Shown: positions 8,520 to 18,713 of the stretch, one piece after another
Layout: the number at the start of each line of letters is the position of its first letter
Numbering within the stretch: position 1 is the stretch's first letter
Assembly: GCA_040755495.1 (NCBI GenBank)
Contig: JBFMAT010000013.1
Span: 7,968-71,967, forward strand
Length of the DNA stretch: 64,000 nt
Reading direction: 5' to 3'
DNA from: Chloroflexota bacterium
GTDB lineage: Bacteria > Chloroflexota > Limnocylindria > Limnocylindrales > CSP1-4
Translations under genes and position numbers: made by a program
Notes under the pieces: generated by a model
Told to the model about the DNA's origin: nothing
Databases searched by the model: none
Seen by the model: only the letters and a program-made list of their open reading frames with translations

Positions 8520-9029
8520 ATGACGCTCGTGCGCCGCCCGTCGCCCTTCAGCGAGCTGATGACGCTCCGCCAGGCGATGGACCGCCTGTTCGACGATTCG
8601 GTCTTCAGGCCGTTCACCCCCTACAACGGCAGCGAGCTCATGCGGCTGCCGCTCAACGTCCGCGCCACCGCGGACGCGCTCGAGGTGGAGGCCGAGCTCC
8701 CGGGCCTCAAGCCCGAGGACGTGGACATCACCCTCGAGAACAACACCCTGACCATCCGCGCCGAGGACCGCACCGAGCGGACCGAGGAGCAGGGCGACTG
8801 GATCGTGCGCGAGATCGCGCGCGGCAGCGTGATGCGGACGGTGACCCTGCCGACCGGCCTCGAGGCCGACAAGGCGGAGGCCACCTTCGAGCACGGCGTG
8901 CTCAAGCTCCGGATCCCGAAGGCCGAGCAGGTCAAGCCACGCCAGATCCAGATCAAGCCCGTGACCAGCGGCGAGGCCAAGGCCGTCGGGGCCGGCACCC
9001 CCGCCGCCGGCGACAAGGTCGGGGCCTGA
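8520..9029 (+). CDS. Hsp20/alpha-crystallin small heat-shock protein
   Basis: AELPGLKPEDVDITLENNTLTI...ATFEHGVLKLRIPK; AGGAGG RBS. Confidence 0.95.
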   Translation: MTLVRRPSPFSELMTLRQAMDRLFDDSVFRPFTPYNGSELMRLPLNVRATADALEVEAELPGLKPEDVDITLENNTLTIRAEDRTERTEEQGDWIVREIARGSVMRTVTLPTGLEADKAEATFEHGVLKLRIPKAEQVKPRQIQIKPVTSGEAKAVGAGTPAAGDKVGA

Positions 9030-9034
9030 CGCAC

Positions 9035-9457
9035 ATGGCGGCTGCGCGCCGGCCGGACCGGGACCCGACCCGGCCCGTGTACGTCATCAGCGTGGCTGCG
9101 ACCCTTGTCTCGGCGCACCCGCGAACACTCCGGATCTACGAAGACGAGGGCCTGGTCTGCCCGGCGCGCACACCGACCAACATCCGCCTCTACTCGGAGG
9201 CCGACATCCGCCGGATCCTGTGGATCCGGCACCTGACGCGGGACCGCGGCGTCAACCTCGCCGGGGTCCGCACCCTGTTCGAGCTCGAGGAGCGGCTGGG
9301 CAAGCGCATCCTCGAGGCGCTGTACGACGAAGGAACACGCGAGCAGCACGGCGAGGCCGGCGCTGCCGCGGCAGGAACCAGTACCCGGACCGAATCCCGC
9401 ACCGGAACCCGAACCGACGTGCCGGACCAGCCGGCCGGCACCCCAAGGAGACCCTGA
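9035..9457 (+). CDS. hspR: MerR-family heat-shock repressor, HspR-like
   Basis: VYVISVAA...HPRTLRIYE..GLV.PAR...RLYSEADI...GVNLAGV; located among chaperone genes. Confidence 0.8.
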   Translation: MAAARRPDRDPTRPVYVISVAATLVSAHPRTLRIYEDEGLVCPARTPTNIRLYSEADIRRILWIRHLTRDRGVNLAGVRTLFELEERLGKRILEALYDEGTREQHGEAGAAAAGTSTRTESRTGTRTDVPDQPAGTPRRP

Positions 9458-11946
9458 TGGCCAAGCGACCGTCGAACCCGGAGGAGCAGCAGACCGGACC
9501 CGTGATCCGGGAGCTGCCGCTCGTTGCGCTCCGGGAGACGGTCATCTTCCCGGAGATGATCGTCCCCCTCCAGGTCGGACGCGAGAAGAGCGTCGCGGCG
9601 CTCAACGCCGCCGTCGACGGCGGCGGCCCGATCGCGCTCGTGACCCAGCGCCAGGCCGAGCAGGAGGAGATCGGCGACCCGTCCGAGCTGTACGGCATCG
9701 GCACGCTCGCCAAGATCGCCCAGGTCGTCCAGCTCCAGGACGGCACCGTGCGGGCCATCGTGCAGGGCCAGTCCCGGATCCGCGTCCACGGCTTCGCGCG
9801 CACCGCGCCGTACCTCGCGGCGCGGGTCGAGGAGCTCCACGACGAGACGCCCACGGGCGTCGAGATCCAGGCGCTCGTCCGGAGCGTCCAGGCCCAGATC
9901 GAGCAGTACGTCGCCAACGGCGCCCCGGTGCCGCCGGAGGCCGCGGTCGCGGCCCGCAACATCACCGAGCCCGGGCTGCTCGCCGACATGGTCGCCTACA
10001 GTCCCGACATGACCACCGAGCAGCGCCAGGAGCTGCTCGAGACGGCCGACGTCGAGCAGCGCCTCAAGCTCGTGTCCGCCTTCCTGGCCCGCCAGATCGA
10101 GATCCTCGAGCTCAAGGGGAAGATCCAGAGCGAGGTCAAGTCCGAGATGGACAAGACCCAGCGGGAGTACATCCTCCGCGAGCAGCTCAAGGCGATCCAG
10201 CGCGAGCTAGGCGAGGACGACCCGCAGCAGGCCGAGATCAACGAGCTGCGCGAGAAGGTCGAGTCCTCGGGGATGCCCGAGGAGGTCCGCACCCGGGCGA
10301 TCAAGGAGATCGACCGGATGAGCCGGATCCCGTCCGCCTCGCCCGAGGTCGGCGTCATCCGGACCTACGTGGACTGGCTGGTGTCGCTGCCCTGGAACGT
10401 CGCCACCGACGACCGGCTGGACATCCGGGAGGCCGCCACGATCCTCGACGAGGACCACTACGGCCTCGAGAAGATCAAGGAGCGGATCCTCGAGTACCTC
10501 GCCGTGCGGAGCCTGGCGGAGAAGATCCGCAGCCCGATCCTGCTGTTCGTGGGCCCGCCCGGCGTCGGCAAGACGAGCCTGGGCAAGAGCATCGCCCGGG
10601 CGATGGGCCGCAAGTTCGTGCGCATGAGCCTGGGCGGCATCCACGACGAGGCGGAGATCCGCGGCCACCGGCGCACGTACATCGGCGCCCTGCCCGGCCG
10701 CATCGTCCAGAACGTCAAGACCGCCGGCACCAACAACCCGGTGTTCATGCTCGACGAGGTGGACAAGATCGGCATGGACTTCCGGGGCGACCCGTCGTCC
10801 GCGCTGCTCGAGGTGCTGGACCCGGAGCAGAACTTCAGCTTCCAGGACAACTACCTCGAGGTGCCGTTCGACCTGAGCAAGGTCCTGTTCATCGCGACGG
10901 CCAACCTGCTCGACCCGATCCCGGCGCCCCTGCGCGACCGGATGGAGATGATCCAGCTGCCGGGCTACACCCAGCAAGAGAAGGTGGAGATCGCGAAGCG
11001 GTTCCTCATCCCCAAGCAGATGGAGAACCACGGCCTCAAGGCGAAGCACATCCAGATCACGGACGAATCGCTCACCGAGCTCGTCCAGGCCTACACCCAC
11101 GAGGCCGGGGTCCGGAACCTCGAGCGCGAGCTCGCCAACATCATGCGCAAGGTGGCCCGGCAGGTCGCCGAGGGCCGCAAGCGCAGGACCGTCGTCGACG
11201 TCAAGCGCCTGGTCGAGTTCCTCGGGCCGCAGCGGTTCGAGTATGGCGAGCTGGAGGCCGAGGACCAGACCGGCAGCGCGACCGGCCTCGTCGTGACCGA
11301 GGTGGGCGGTGACGTCGTCGCCGTCGAGGTCACCAAGATGGAGGGCAAGGAGGACTTCATCCTCACCGGCCAGCTGGGCGACGTGATGCGCGAGTCCGCC
11401 CGTGCCGCGCTGTCCTGGATCCGGTCGCACGCCACGGAGCTGGGCATCGAGCGCGAGGTGTTCGAGAAGAACACCCTCCACATCCACGTCCCGGCCGGGG
11501 CGATCCCCAAGGACGGCCCGTCCGCGGGCGTGACGATGGCGACGGCCATGGTGTCCGCGCTGACCGGGATCCCGGTCCGCAAGGACGTGGCCATGACCGG
11601 CGAGATCACGCTCCGCGGCCGGGTGCTCCCGATCGGCGGGCTCAAGAGCAAGATCCTCGCGGCCCACCTGTCCGGCGCGGGCATGGTGATCCTGCCCCGG
11701 AAGAACGAGAAGGACCTGCGGGACATCCCCGAGGAGATCCGCAAGCAGGTCAAGCTCGTCCTTGCCGACACGATGGCCGAGGTGCTCGAGGCGGCGCTCC
11801 GCCGCGCCCCCAAGGCGCTCAAGGCGGAGACCCCGCGGGTCGTGGAGGGCGGCGGCGAGCTGCCCAAGCCGGAGCCGCAGTCGCGGGTCCGGCGGAGCAA
11901 CTTCCCGCCCGCCGACCAGCCCCCGGTCGTCGTCAAGGGCGCCTAG
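9457..11946 (+). CDS. lon: Lon protease (endopeptidase La)
   Basis: [22 protein letters not shown], catalytic [17 protein letters not shown]. Confidence 0.97.
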   Translation: MAKRPSNPEEQQTGPVIRELPLVALRETVIFPEMIVPLQVGREKSVAALNAAVDGGGPIALVTQRQAEQEEIGDPSELYGIGTLAKIAQVVQLQDGTVRAIVQGQSRIRVHGFARTAPYLAARVEELHDETPTGVEIQALVRSVQAQIEQYVANGAPVPPEAAVAARNITEPGLLADMVAYSPDMTTEQRQELLETADVEQRLKLVSAFLARQIEILELKGKIQSEVKSEMDKTQREYILREQLKAIQRELGEDDPQQAEINELREKVESSGMPEEVRTRAIKEIDRMSRIPSASPEVGVIRTYVDWLVSLPWNVATDDRLDIREAATILDEDHYGLEKIKERILEYLAVRSLAEKIRSPILLFVGPPGVGKTSLGKSIARAMGRKFVRMSLGGIHDEAEIRGHRRTYIGALPGRIVQNVKTAGTNNPVFMLDEVDKIGMDFRGDPSSALLEVLDPEQNFSFQDNYLEVPFDLSKVLFIATANLLDPIPAPLRDRMEMIQLPGYTQQEKVEIAKRFLIPKQMENHGLKAKHIQITDESLTELVQAYTHEAGVRNLERELANIMRKVARQVAEGRKRRTVVDVKRLVEFLGPQRFEYGELEAEDQTGSATGLVVTEVGGDVVAVEVTKMEGKEDFILTGQLGDVMRESARAALSWIRSHATELGIEREVFEKNTLHIHVPAGAIPKDGPSAGVTMATAMVSALTGIPVRKDVAMTGEITLRGRVLPIGGLKSKILAAHLSGAGMVILPRKNEKDLRDIPEEIRKQVKLVLADTMAEVLEAALRRAPKALKAETPRVVEGGGELPKPEPQSRVRRSNFPPADQPPVVVKGA

Positions 11947-11981
11947 GGGGTCGCCCTGGGACGCCCGATGCGCGTGTTGCC

Positions 11982-12058
11982 CGCTCCGGTCCTCGCTCAC
12001 GCACGTCCGAGTGCGCTCGCTCCGGTCCTCCCGGGCGCCTTCGCCTCGAACGTCCGAG
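11982..12058. repeat. Intergenic REP-like element: direct repeats flanking a hairpin
   Basis: CGCTCCGGTCCTC at 11982-11994 and 12018-12030 flanks CGCAC-gtccga-GTGCG; ACGTCCGAG occurs at 12003 and 12050. Confidence 0.5.
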
Positions 12059-12123
12059 CGGCGACACGCAGTCCGGGCTGCGCGAGGTCGGACGTCCCCG
12101 GCGCCGCCGCGGGGGTCTAGGCG

Positions 12124-13200
12124 ATGGAGTACCGGGACTACTACGAGATCCTGGGCGTGCCGAGGACCGCGTCGCAGGCCGAGATCAAGAAGGCGTTCCG
12201 CAAGCTCGCGCGCGAGCACCATCCGGACCGCAACCCGGGTGACACGAGCGCCGAGAAGCGGTTCAAGGACGTCAACGAGGCGCACGCGGTCCTCTCGGAC
12301 CCGGACAAGCGCAAGCAGTACGACGTCATGGGCGCGAACTGGGACCAGTTCCAGCGCGCCGGCAACGGCCGCGGCGGCGCGGACCCGTTCGGGCCGGGCG
12401 GCCCGTTCGCGGGCTGGGGCGGAGGCCAGGCGGGGAGCGGCGGCGCGGGCAACGTGCGCTACGAGTTCCGCACGTCGGGCGCCGACGCGGGCGGTTTCAG
12501 CGACTTCTTCCGGATGTTCTTCTCGGGGGCCGAGGCCGGTGCCGCCCCGGGAGGCGGCCGCACCACCACCGCGACCGGCCGGCGCCGGGGCGGCGGCCAG
12601 ACCTTCCAGGAGATCCTCGAGGAGATGGGCATCGACGCGGCCGGCAACCCGGTGTCCCGCGGCGGGCGGACGTCACCGGTCCCCCAGCGCCGGTCCGCGG
12701 CGGAGGCGCCCGCCGAGCTGTCGCTCGAGGAGGCGTATCACGGCACGACGCGCCTGGTGGACGTGCAGGGCAAGCGCTACGAGGTCCGGATCCCGCGGGG
12801 CGCGGACACGGGCAGCCGGATCCGCCTGTCGGGCAAGGGGCCCGACGGCTCGGACGTCGTCGTGGTGGTGCGGGTCAAGGCACACCCGGTCTACACGCGC
12901 CGGGGCGCGGACCTGGAGCGCGAGCTGCCGATCACGCTGCGCGAGGCGCTGCTGGGCGCCGAGGTGCCGATCGACACCCTCAAGGGCCGAATCCTGCTCA
13001 CGATCCCGGCCGGCACGCAGACCGGCCGGACGTTCCGCCTCACCGGACGCGGGATGCCGCGCCTCAAGGGCGAGGGCGACGGCGACCTGTACGTCAGGGT
13101 GCGGGTCGTCCTGCCGACGAAGCTGGGCGACGAGGCGACGGCCGCGGCCGTCCGGTTCCTGGACATCGCGGACCAGCCCGATCCCCGGACCACCCACTGA
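12124..13200 (+). CDS. DnaJ/CbpA-type co-chaperone (no Zn finger)
   Basis: J-domain with HPD, G/F-rich region and DnaJ C-terminal domain; no CxxCxGxG repeats. Confidence 0.93.
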   Translation: MEYRDYYEILGVPRTASQAEIKKAFRKLAREHHPDRNPGDTSAEKRFKDVNEAHAVLSDPDKRKQYDVMGANWDQFQRAGNGRGGADPFGPGGPFAGWGGGQAGSGGAGNVRYEFRTSGADAGGFSDFFRMFFSGAEAGAAPGGGRTTTATGRRRGGGQTFQEILEEMGIDAAGNPVSRGGRTSPVPQRRSAAEAPAELSLEEAYHGTTRLVDVQGKRYEVRIPRGADTGSRIRLSGKGPDGSDVVVVVRVKAHPVYTRRGADLERELPITLREALLGAEVPIDTLKGRILLTIPAGTQTGRTFRLTGRGMPRLKGEGDGDLYVRVRVVLPTKLGDEATAAAVRFLDIADQPDPRTTH

Positions 13201-13234
13201 CCGCATCCACCGAAGCCTCACGAGATCCGAACCC

Positions 13235-15991
13235 ATGCAGCTCGATCGATTCACCGAGAAGGCCCAGGAGGCCGTCATCGCCGCCCAGCAGCTCGCTGAG
13301 CGGCTGCACAGTCCCGTGCTGGACGCGGAGCACCTGCTGGCCGCCCTCGTCGAGCCGGACGACGGCATCGCCGCCGAGACGCTCCGCCGGCTGGGCGTGG
13401 ACCTCGCTGCGTTCCGGGGGGAGCTCGCCGCGCTGCTCGCGCGCCGCGCCCACATCTCCGGCGGCTCGCTGACGCTCGACGCGCGCGCCAAGCGGGTGAT
13501 CGACCGGGCACAGGACGAGGCGCGCCGCCTGGGCGACGAGTACACCTCCACCGAGCACCTGCTGCTGGGGGCCGCCGAGGCCGGCGGCGAGGGGCAGGGG
13601 CTGCTGGAGCGCCACGGGGCGGGCCGCGAGGCGATCCTGGGCGCCCTCCAGACGGTGCGCGGCGGGCAGCGGGTGACCAGCGCGAACCCCGAGGGCACGT
13701 ACCAGGCGCTCGAGAAGTACGGGCGCGACCTCACCGCGGAGGCGCGGGCCGGCAAGCTGGACCCGGTCATCGGGCGCGACGAGGAGATCCGTCGCGTGAT
13801 CCAGGTGCTCAGCCGGCGGACCAAGAACAACCCGGTCCTGATCGGGGAGCCGGGCGTGGGCAAGACGGCGATCGCGGAGGGGCTCGCCCAGCGGATCGTC
13901 CGGGGCGACGTCCCCGAGACGCTCAAGGACAAGCGGGTCATCGCGCTCGACCTGGGCGCGATCATCGCCGGCTCCAAGTTCCGCGGCGAGTTCGAGGAGC
14001 GCCTCAAGGCCGTGCTCAAGGAGATCAAGGACTCCGAGGGCCGGGTGATCCTGTTCATCGACGAGCTGCACACGGTCGTGGGGGCGGGCGCGGCCGAGGG
14101 CGCGATGGACGCGTCCAACCTGCTCAAGCCGATGCTGGCGCGCGGCGAGCTGCACACGATCGGTGCCACGACGCTGGACGAGTACCGCAAGCACATCGAG
14201 AAGGACGCGGCGCTGGAGCGGCGATTCCAGCCCGTGGTCGTGGACCAGCCAAGCGTCGAGGAGACGATCTCGATCCTGCGCGGCCTCCGCGAGCGCTACG
14301 AGGTCCACCACGGCGTGCGGATCACGGACTCCGCGCTGGTCGCCGCGGCCACGCTGTCCAACCGCTACATCACCGAGCGCTTCCTGCCCGACAAGGCGAT
14401 CGACCTCGTGGACGAGGCGGCCTCGCGGCTGCGGATGGAGATCGACTCCATGCCGATCGAGCTGGACGAGCTCGAGCGGCGGCGGATCCAGCTGGAGATC
14501 GAGCGCGAGGCGCTGCGCAAGGAGACCGACGACGCCTCCAAGGCGCGGCTCGAGGCGCTGGAGAAGGAGCTGGCCGAGATCGCGGAGCAGGCGGGCGCGA
14601 TGAAGCAGCGCTGGGAGGCCGAGAAGTCGGCGATCGCCGCGCTGCGCGCCACCAAGGCCGAGCAGGAGCAGCTCCAGGTCCGCGTCGAGCAGGCGGAGCG
14701 CGAGGCGGACTACGGCCGCGCCGCCGAGCTCAAGTACGGCAAGGCCGCCGAGCTGGCGGAGCGGATGCAGGGCCAGGAGGCGGCGCTGGCCGCGCTCCAG
14801 GGCCCGGGCTCGCTGCTCAAGGAGGAGGTCACCGCGGACGATGTCGCGGACATCGTCGCGGCCTGGACCGGCATCCCGGTCAGCCGCCTCATGGAGGGCG
14901 AGCTCGAGAAGCTCGTGCACATGGAGGAGCGGCTGCACCAGCGCGTGATCGGCCAGGACGAGGCGATCGCCGCCGTGTCCGACGCGGTTCGCCGGGCCCG
15001 AGCCGGGCTCAAGGACCCGAGGCGGCCCATCGGCTCGTTCCTGTTCCTGGGCCCGACCGGCGTGGGCAAGACCGAGCTCGCCCGGGCCCTGGCGCAGTTC
15101 CTGTTCGACGACGAGCAGGCGATGGTACGGATCGACATGAGCGAGTACATGGAGAAGTTCGCGGTCTCGCGGCTGGTCGGCGCGCCTCCGGGCTACGTGG
15201 GCTACGAGGAGGGCGGCCAGCTCACCGAGGCCGTCCGGCGCCGGCCGTACCAGGTCGTGCTGCTGGACGAGATCGAGAAGGCGCACCCCGACGTGTTCAA
15301 CGTCCTGCTCCAGGTCCTCGAGGACGGCCGCCTGACCGACTCGCAGGGCCGGACGGTGGACTTCAAGAACACCGTCGTGATCATGACCAGCAACGTGGGC
15401 AGCTCCCAGATCCAGGGCTTCGCGGGCCGGCCCGATGGCGAGGCGTACGAGGCGATGAAGCGCCAGGTCACGGACCAGCTGCGCGGGGCGTTCCGGCCCG
15501 AGTTCCTCAACCGGATCGACGAGGTGATCGTGTTCCACGCCCTCACCGACGCCGAGCTGGTCGCGATCTCGGACCTCCAGCTGGCCGACCTCCAGCGCCG
15601 GATCGCCGCCACGGACCTCGTGCTGGAGCTCACGCCCGCGGCCCGGCAGCTGATCGTGCGCGAGGGCACGGACCCCGCCTTCGGGGCGCGGCCGCTCAAG
15701 CGGACGATCCAGCGGCTGGTGGAGAACCCGTTCGCGCGGGCGCTGCTGTCGGGCACCTTCAAGGCCGGCGACACCGTCACGGCCGACGCCGACCCCGTGA
15801 CCGGCACGCTCGTGTTCTCGAGCGAGTCGAGCACGGTGGTGACGGAGACCGGGGAGCGCGACGTGCGGTCGTCCGGCGCCGCCGAGGCGACCGCGGCGGG
15901 GGCCGGTGCGGGTCGTCGCCGGTCGGCGTTCGACCTCCCGCCGCTCGAGGAGCGGAAGGGGACGGACGACGACGGCGGGCTGGTGAACTAG
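13235..15991 (+). CDS. clpB: ClpB disaggregase
   Basis: Two AAA+ modules ([16 protein letters not shown]) and a coiled-coil M domain (AAELKYG). Confidence 0.96.
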   Translation: MQLDRFTEKAQEAVIAAQQLAERLHSPVLDAEHLLAALVEPDDGIAAETLRRLGVDLAAFRGELAALLARRAHISGGSLTLDARAKRVIDRAQDEARRLGDEYTSTEHLLLGAAEAGGEGQGLLERHGAGREAILGALQTVRGGQRVTSANPEGTYQALEKYGRDLTAEARAGKLDPVIGRDEEIRRVIQVLSRRTKNNPVLIGEPGVGKTAIAEGLAQRIVRGDVPETLKDKRVIALDLGAIIAGSKFRGEFEERLKAVLKEIKDSEGRVILFIDELHTVVGAGAAEGAMDASNLLKPMLARGELHTIGATTLDEYRKHIEKDAALERRFQPVVVDQPSVEETISILRGLRERYEVHHGVRITDSALVAAATLSNRYITERFLPDKAIDLVDEAASRLRMEIDSMPIELDELERRRIQLEIEREALRKETDDASKARLEALEKELAEIAEQAGAMKQRWEAEKSAIAALRATKAEQEQLQVRVEQAEREADYGRAAELKYGKAAELAERMQGQEAALAALQGPGSLLKEEVTADDVADIVAAWTGIPVSRLMEGELEKLVHMEERLHQRVIGQDEAIAAVSDAVRRARAGLKDPRRPIGSFLFLGPTGVGKTELARALAQFLFDDEQAMVRIDMSEYMEKFAVSRLVGAPPGYVGYEEGGQLTEAVRRRPYQVVLLDEIEKAHPDVFNVLLQVLEDGRLTDSQGRTVDFKNTVVIMTSNVGSSQIQGFAGRPDGEAYEAMKRQVTDQLRGAFRPEFLNRIDEVIVFHALTDAELVAISDLQLADLQRRIAATDLVLELTPAARQLIVREGTDPAFGARPLKRTIQRLVENPFARALLSGTFKAGDTVTADADPVTGTLVFSSESSTVVTETGERDVRSSGAAEATAAGAGAGRRRSAFDLPPLEERKGTDDDGGLVN

Positions 15992-15999
15992 GCGACGCC

Positions 16000-16650
16000 G
16001 TGCGCCTCGACGAGGTCGTCCGGCGGCTGACCCCGCTGCCCGAGACCCTGCCCGAGGGGCCGGCGGCGCTGATGCCCGTCCTCGCCGAGACCGGCGGCCC
16101 GCGTCCCCGGCCACGCTGGGACGCGGCGGAGTCGTCGAGCCTGCCGGCGGCCGTCCTCGTGCTGCTGTTCCCGGACGAGGACGGCGAGGCGCGCGTCGTG
16201 CTCACCGAGCGCGCTGACCGCGGCGGCCACCACTCGGGCGAGGTGTCGTTCCCCGGCGGCCGCGCCGAGCCCGAGGACGAGGACCTGGTGGCCACCGCCT
16301 TGCGCGAGGCCGCGGAGGAGGTTGGGCTGGACGCGGAGGCGGCCGGGGTGAGCGTCCTCGGCACGCTGCCCGTGCTGTGGATCCCGGTCAGCAACTACAC
16401 CGTGACCCCGGTCGTCGCCGTGGCCCCGACGCGCCCGGCGATGACGCCGCAGCCGGCCGAGGTGGCGGCGATCCTGGAGGTGCCAGTCCAGGCCTTCCTG
16501 CCGGATGCCGAGCTGCTCCACGTCGAGCGCGAGATCCGCGGCTGGCAGGTCCGCTACGCCGCGTACCCGATCGAGGGGCTCGCGGTGTGGGGCATGACCG
16601 CGCGCGTGCTCGGCGGCCTGGGGGCCTGGCTGGACGACGCCGGCCTGTAG
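16000..16650 (+). CDS. Nudix CoA pyrophosphatase (NudL-like)
   Basis: AAVLVLL, LTER, HSGEVSFPGG, TALREAAEEVGL, VWGMTA. Confidence 0.9.
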   Translation: MRLDEVVRRLTPLPETLPEGPAALMPVLAETGGPRPRPRWDAAESSSLPAAVLVLLFPDEDGEARVVLTERADRGGHHSGEVSFPGGRAEPEDEDLVATALREAAEEVGLDAEAAGVSVLGTLPVLWIPVSNYTVTPVVAVAPTRPAMTPQPAEVAAILEVPVQAFLPDAELLHVEREIRGWQVRYAAYPIEGLAVWGMTARVLGGLGAWLDDAGL

Positions 16651-16679
16651 CGAGGGCGCACACTGCCGTGGGGTGACGC

Positions 16680-17459
16680 ATGCGGAAGGTCATCGCGATC
16701 CTGGGGGTCATCGTCGTCGCGGGTGGCTCGCTGGCCCTGGCCGTCGCGCTCGCCACCGCGGGGCCGTTCGGCTGCCCGACGGCCCTCCTCCAGGGCACGC
16801 TCGTCGAACAGGTCGGCACGCTCGCGGTCGCCTCGGTCCCGGGCGGCGGCGTCACGCGGGTCGAGTGGCCGTTCGGGTATGGCGTGGGCGACGAGGACGG
16901 CACGCTCACGCTGACCCGCGCGTTCGCGACCGTCGCCCGCGAGGGCGACCTCGTGTCGGTGGGCGGTGGCGAGGGCGGCCCCGGCTTCCGGGCCTGTGGC
17001 CCAGTCACGCTCGGGCTCCTCAGCCCCCCGGAGGAGCAGCCGTCCGGGGCCGAGCTTCGGGTCACCGGCACGGCGCTGGAACCCTGCATCCCGCCCCCGT
17101 CCGGCTGCGGCTACTGGGTGACGCTCACGTCGCCCGCCTTCGGGACGGACCGCGCACCGCTCGAGCACCGGCGGAGCTACGACAGTGCGGCGAACGGCGA
17201 CCCGGCGCCCCTGACGCTCGGCGACGGCCTGCCTGCGCGCCTGGCGCCGGGCGCCTACGACCTGGGCTTCGAGGTCGGCGAGTACTCCGACGCGGCCACG
17301 GTGGAGCCGCTCGACGACGGCACCATGGGGTACCGGCCGAGGGTGTCGCTCGCCTGCACGGCGCGGCTCCTCGTGCCGGTCGACGCGACCGCCGTGACCG
17401 TCGACGTCACGTACCGCGGCTCGCGGTGCGAGGTCGCGATCGAGGATCGGGAGCCGTGA
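16680..17459 (+). CDS. Secreted or membrane-anchored Cys-containing hypothetical protein
   Basis: N-terminal hydrophobic segment after MRK; six Cys across two apparent domains. Confidence 0.7.
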   Translation: MRKVIAILGVIVVAGGSLALAVALATAGPFGCPTALLQGTLVEQVGTLAVASVPGGGVTRVEWPFGYGVGDEDGTLTLTRAFATVAREGDLVSVGGGEGGPGFRACGPVTLGLLSPPEEQPSGAELRVTGTALEPCIPPPSGCGYWVTLTSPAFGTDRAPLEHRRSYDSAANGDPAPLTLGDGLPARLAPGAYDLGFEVGEYSDAATVEPLDDGTMGYRPRVSLACTARLLVPVDATAVTVDVTYRGSRCEVAIEDREP

Positions 17460-17505
17460 GCGTTGGGGCAGGCGGCCGGACCGGCGGCGCGTCGGGAGGG
17501 TGCGC

Positions 17506-18090
17506 CTAGAGGGGCTCGCCCTGCTCCGCCTCGGGGTCCTCGCCGCGGCGCGAGGTGTCCACAGGCCGCGGCGCCAGCCGGCCCTCACCGCGCGCGACGG
17601 GTCGCGTGCCGTACCCGGGCCCGGCGGTCGACTCCGGGACCGGCGCGGCCCCGGCGCGCGTCTCCGGGCCGGGCGCTGCCCGCACTGCCGCACCGGCCGC
17701 ACCCGCCGCGGCGGCGATCTCGCGTGCCCGCCCGTCGACGATGCCCGGAAGCCGGAGCGGCGGCTCCGGCAGCTCCACCACGATCGCGCGCATCGGCGAG
17801 CCCTCGGTCCAGGCCCCGTGGAGCACGTCGGGCGGCCACACGACCGCCTCCCCGGCGGTGACCCGGGTCCGCTCCTCGCCCACGCCGACCCAGCCGCCGC
17901 CCTCGATCACGATGAAGTAGCTCGTGTTGGGGTTCGAGTGGGGGATGATCCGCGCCCGCCGGCCGAACGCCAGCTCCGCGATGATCCCCGTGCCCCCGCT
18001 GTGGATGACCTGGCCCTCGATGCCGACCGTGCCGGGCGGCCCGTCCGGACGCCGGTGCCCGACCCCGAACCGCCGGACCTCGATCGGCAC
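17506..18090 (-). CDS. Cupin-domain protein
   Basis: PHSNPN..YFIVIEGGGWV...GEAVVWPPDVLHG. Confidence 0.75.
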   Translation of the reverse strand: MPIEVRRFGVGHRRPDGPPGTVGIEGQVIHSGGTGIIAELAFGRRARIIPHSNPNTSYFIVIEGGGWVGVGEERTRVTAGEAVVWPPDVLHGAWTEGSPMRAIVVELPEPPLRLPGIVDGRAREIAAAAGAAGAAVRAAPGPETRAGAAPVPESTAGPGYGTRPVARGEGRLAPRPVDTSRRGEDPEAEQGEPL

Positions 18091-18103
18091 GGCGACGTCC
18101 CCG

Positions 18104-18535
18104 TCAGCGGCGCCGGCGGCGGCGCGAGGACTTGGTGCGGATCGTGGACTCGGGCTTGGCGAAGCGCTCTCGCGAGTAGTAGCGCTGCTTGGCGAGCTGG
18201 CGCTCGTAGGCCCGGAAGTACGGCGGGAACCGCACGAAGCGCACCCAGATCATGAACCCGAGGCCGATCACCAGCGTGGACAGCACGATGATCCAGTCGA
18301 ACTTGAACACCGTGTACACGAGCATCAGGCTGAACACGATGACCCCGGTCCACAGGAGCCACTCGTACATCTCGAGGTACACCCGGTGGCGATGCAGCTG
18401 GCGGGTGCGGACGTTGTAGAACACGACCGTGGCGACCAGCGCGATCAGCGACGCGACCCACAGTGGGGCGAACAGGTCCGGGAAGGTGTCGCTGCTGAAC
18501 GACTCGAACAGGTATTCCCAGGGGAAGAGCTTCAC
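18104..18535 (-). CDS. Hypothetical membrane protein (3 TM, basic C-terminus)
   Basis: GTG at 18535 gives VKLFPWEYLF...; hydrophobic helices; strong coding-like codon usage. Confidence 0.75.
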   Translation of the reverse strand: MKLFPWEYLFESFSSDTFPDLFAPLWVASLIALVATVVFYNVRTRQLHRHRVYLEMYEWLLWTGVIVFSLMLVYTVFKFDWIIVLSTLVIGLGFMIWVRFVRFPPYFRAYERQLAKQRYYSRERFAKPESTIRTKSSRRRRRR

Positions 18536-18713
18536 TCGTGTCGTCTCCACGGCGGCCGGGCCGTCCGGCCGGAGGTTGGGCCGTCCGAGTATGCCACGCC
18601 CCCACGCTATACTCGCCGCCTGAACGCGCCCGCCCGAGAGCGGTCGGGGATTCGTCCCGGACCCGGTCGCCCACGGGGGCCCGGACGGATGCCCGCAGGG
18701 AGGACCCACGCAG

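Noticed and set aside
11762-13234. DnaJ-ClpB fusion or long ClpB N-extension implied by the 1409-aa ORF
   Set aside because: The extension is an off-frame reading of the dnaJ gene; ClpB starts at MQLDRFT (13235).
18614-18713. ZMP/ZTP riboswitch before purH
   Set aside because: A TATACT -10 (18608-18613) and a possible hairpin exist, but the GACUGGCG and CGCCUGGG hallmark motifs are absent.
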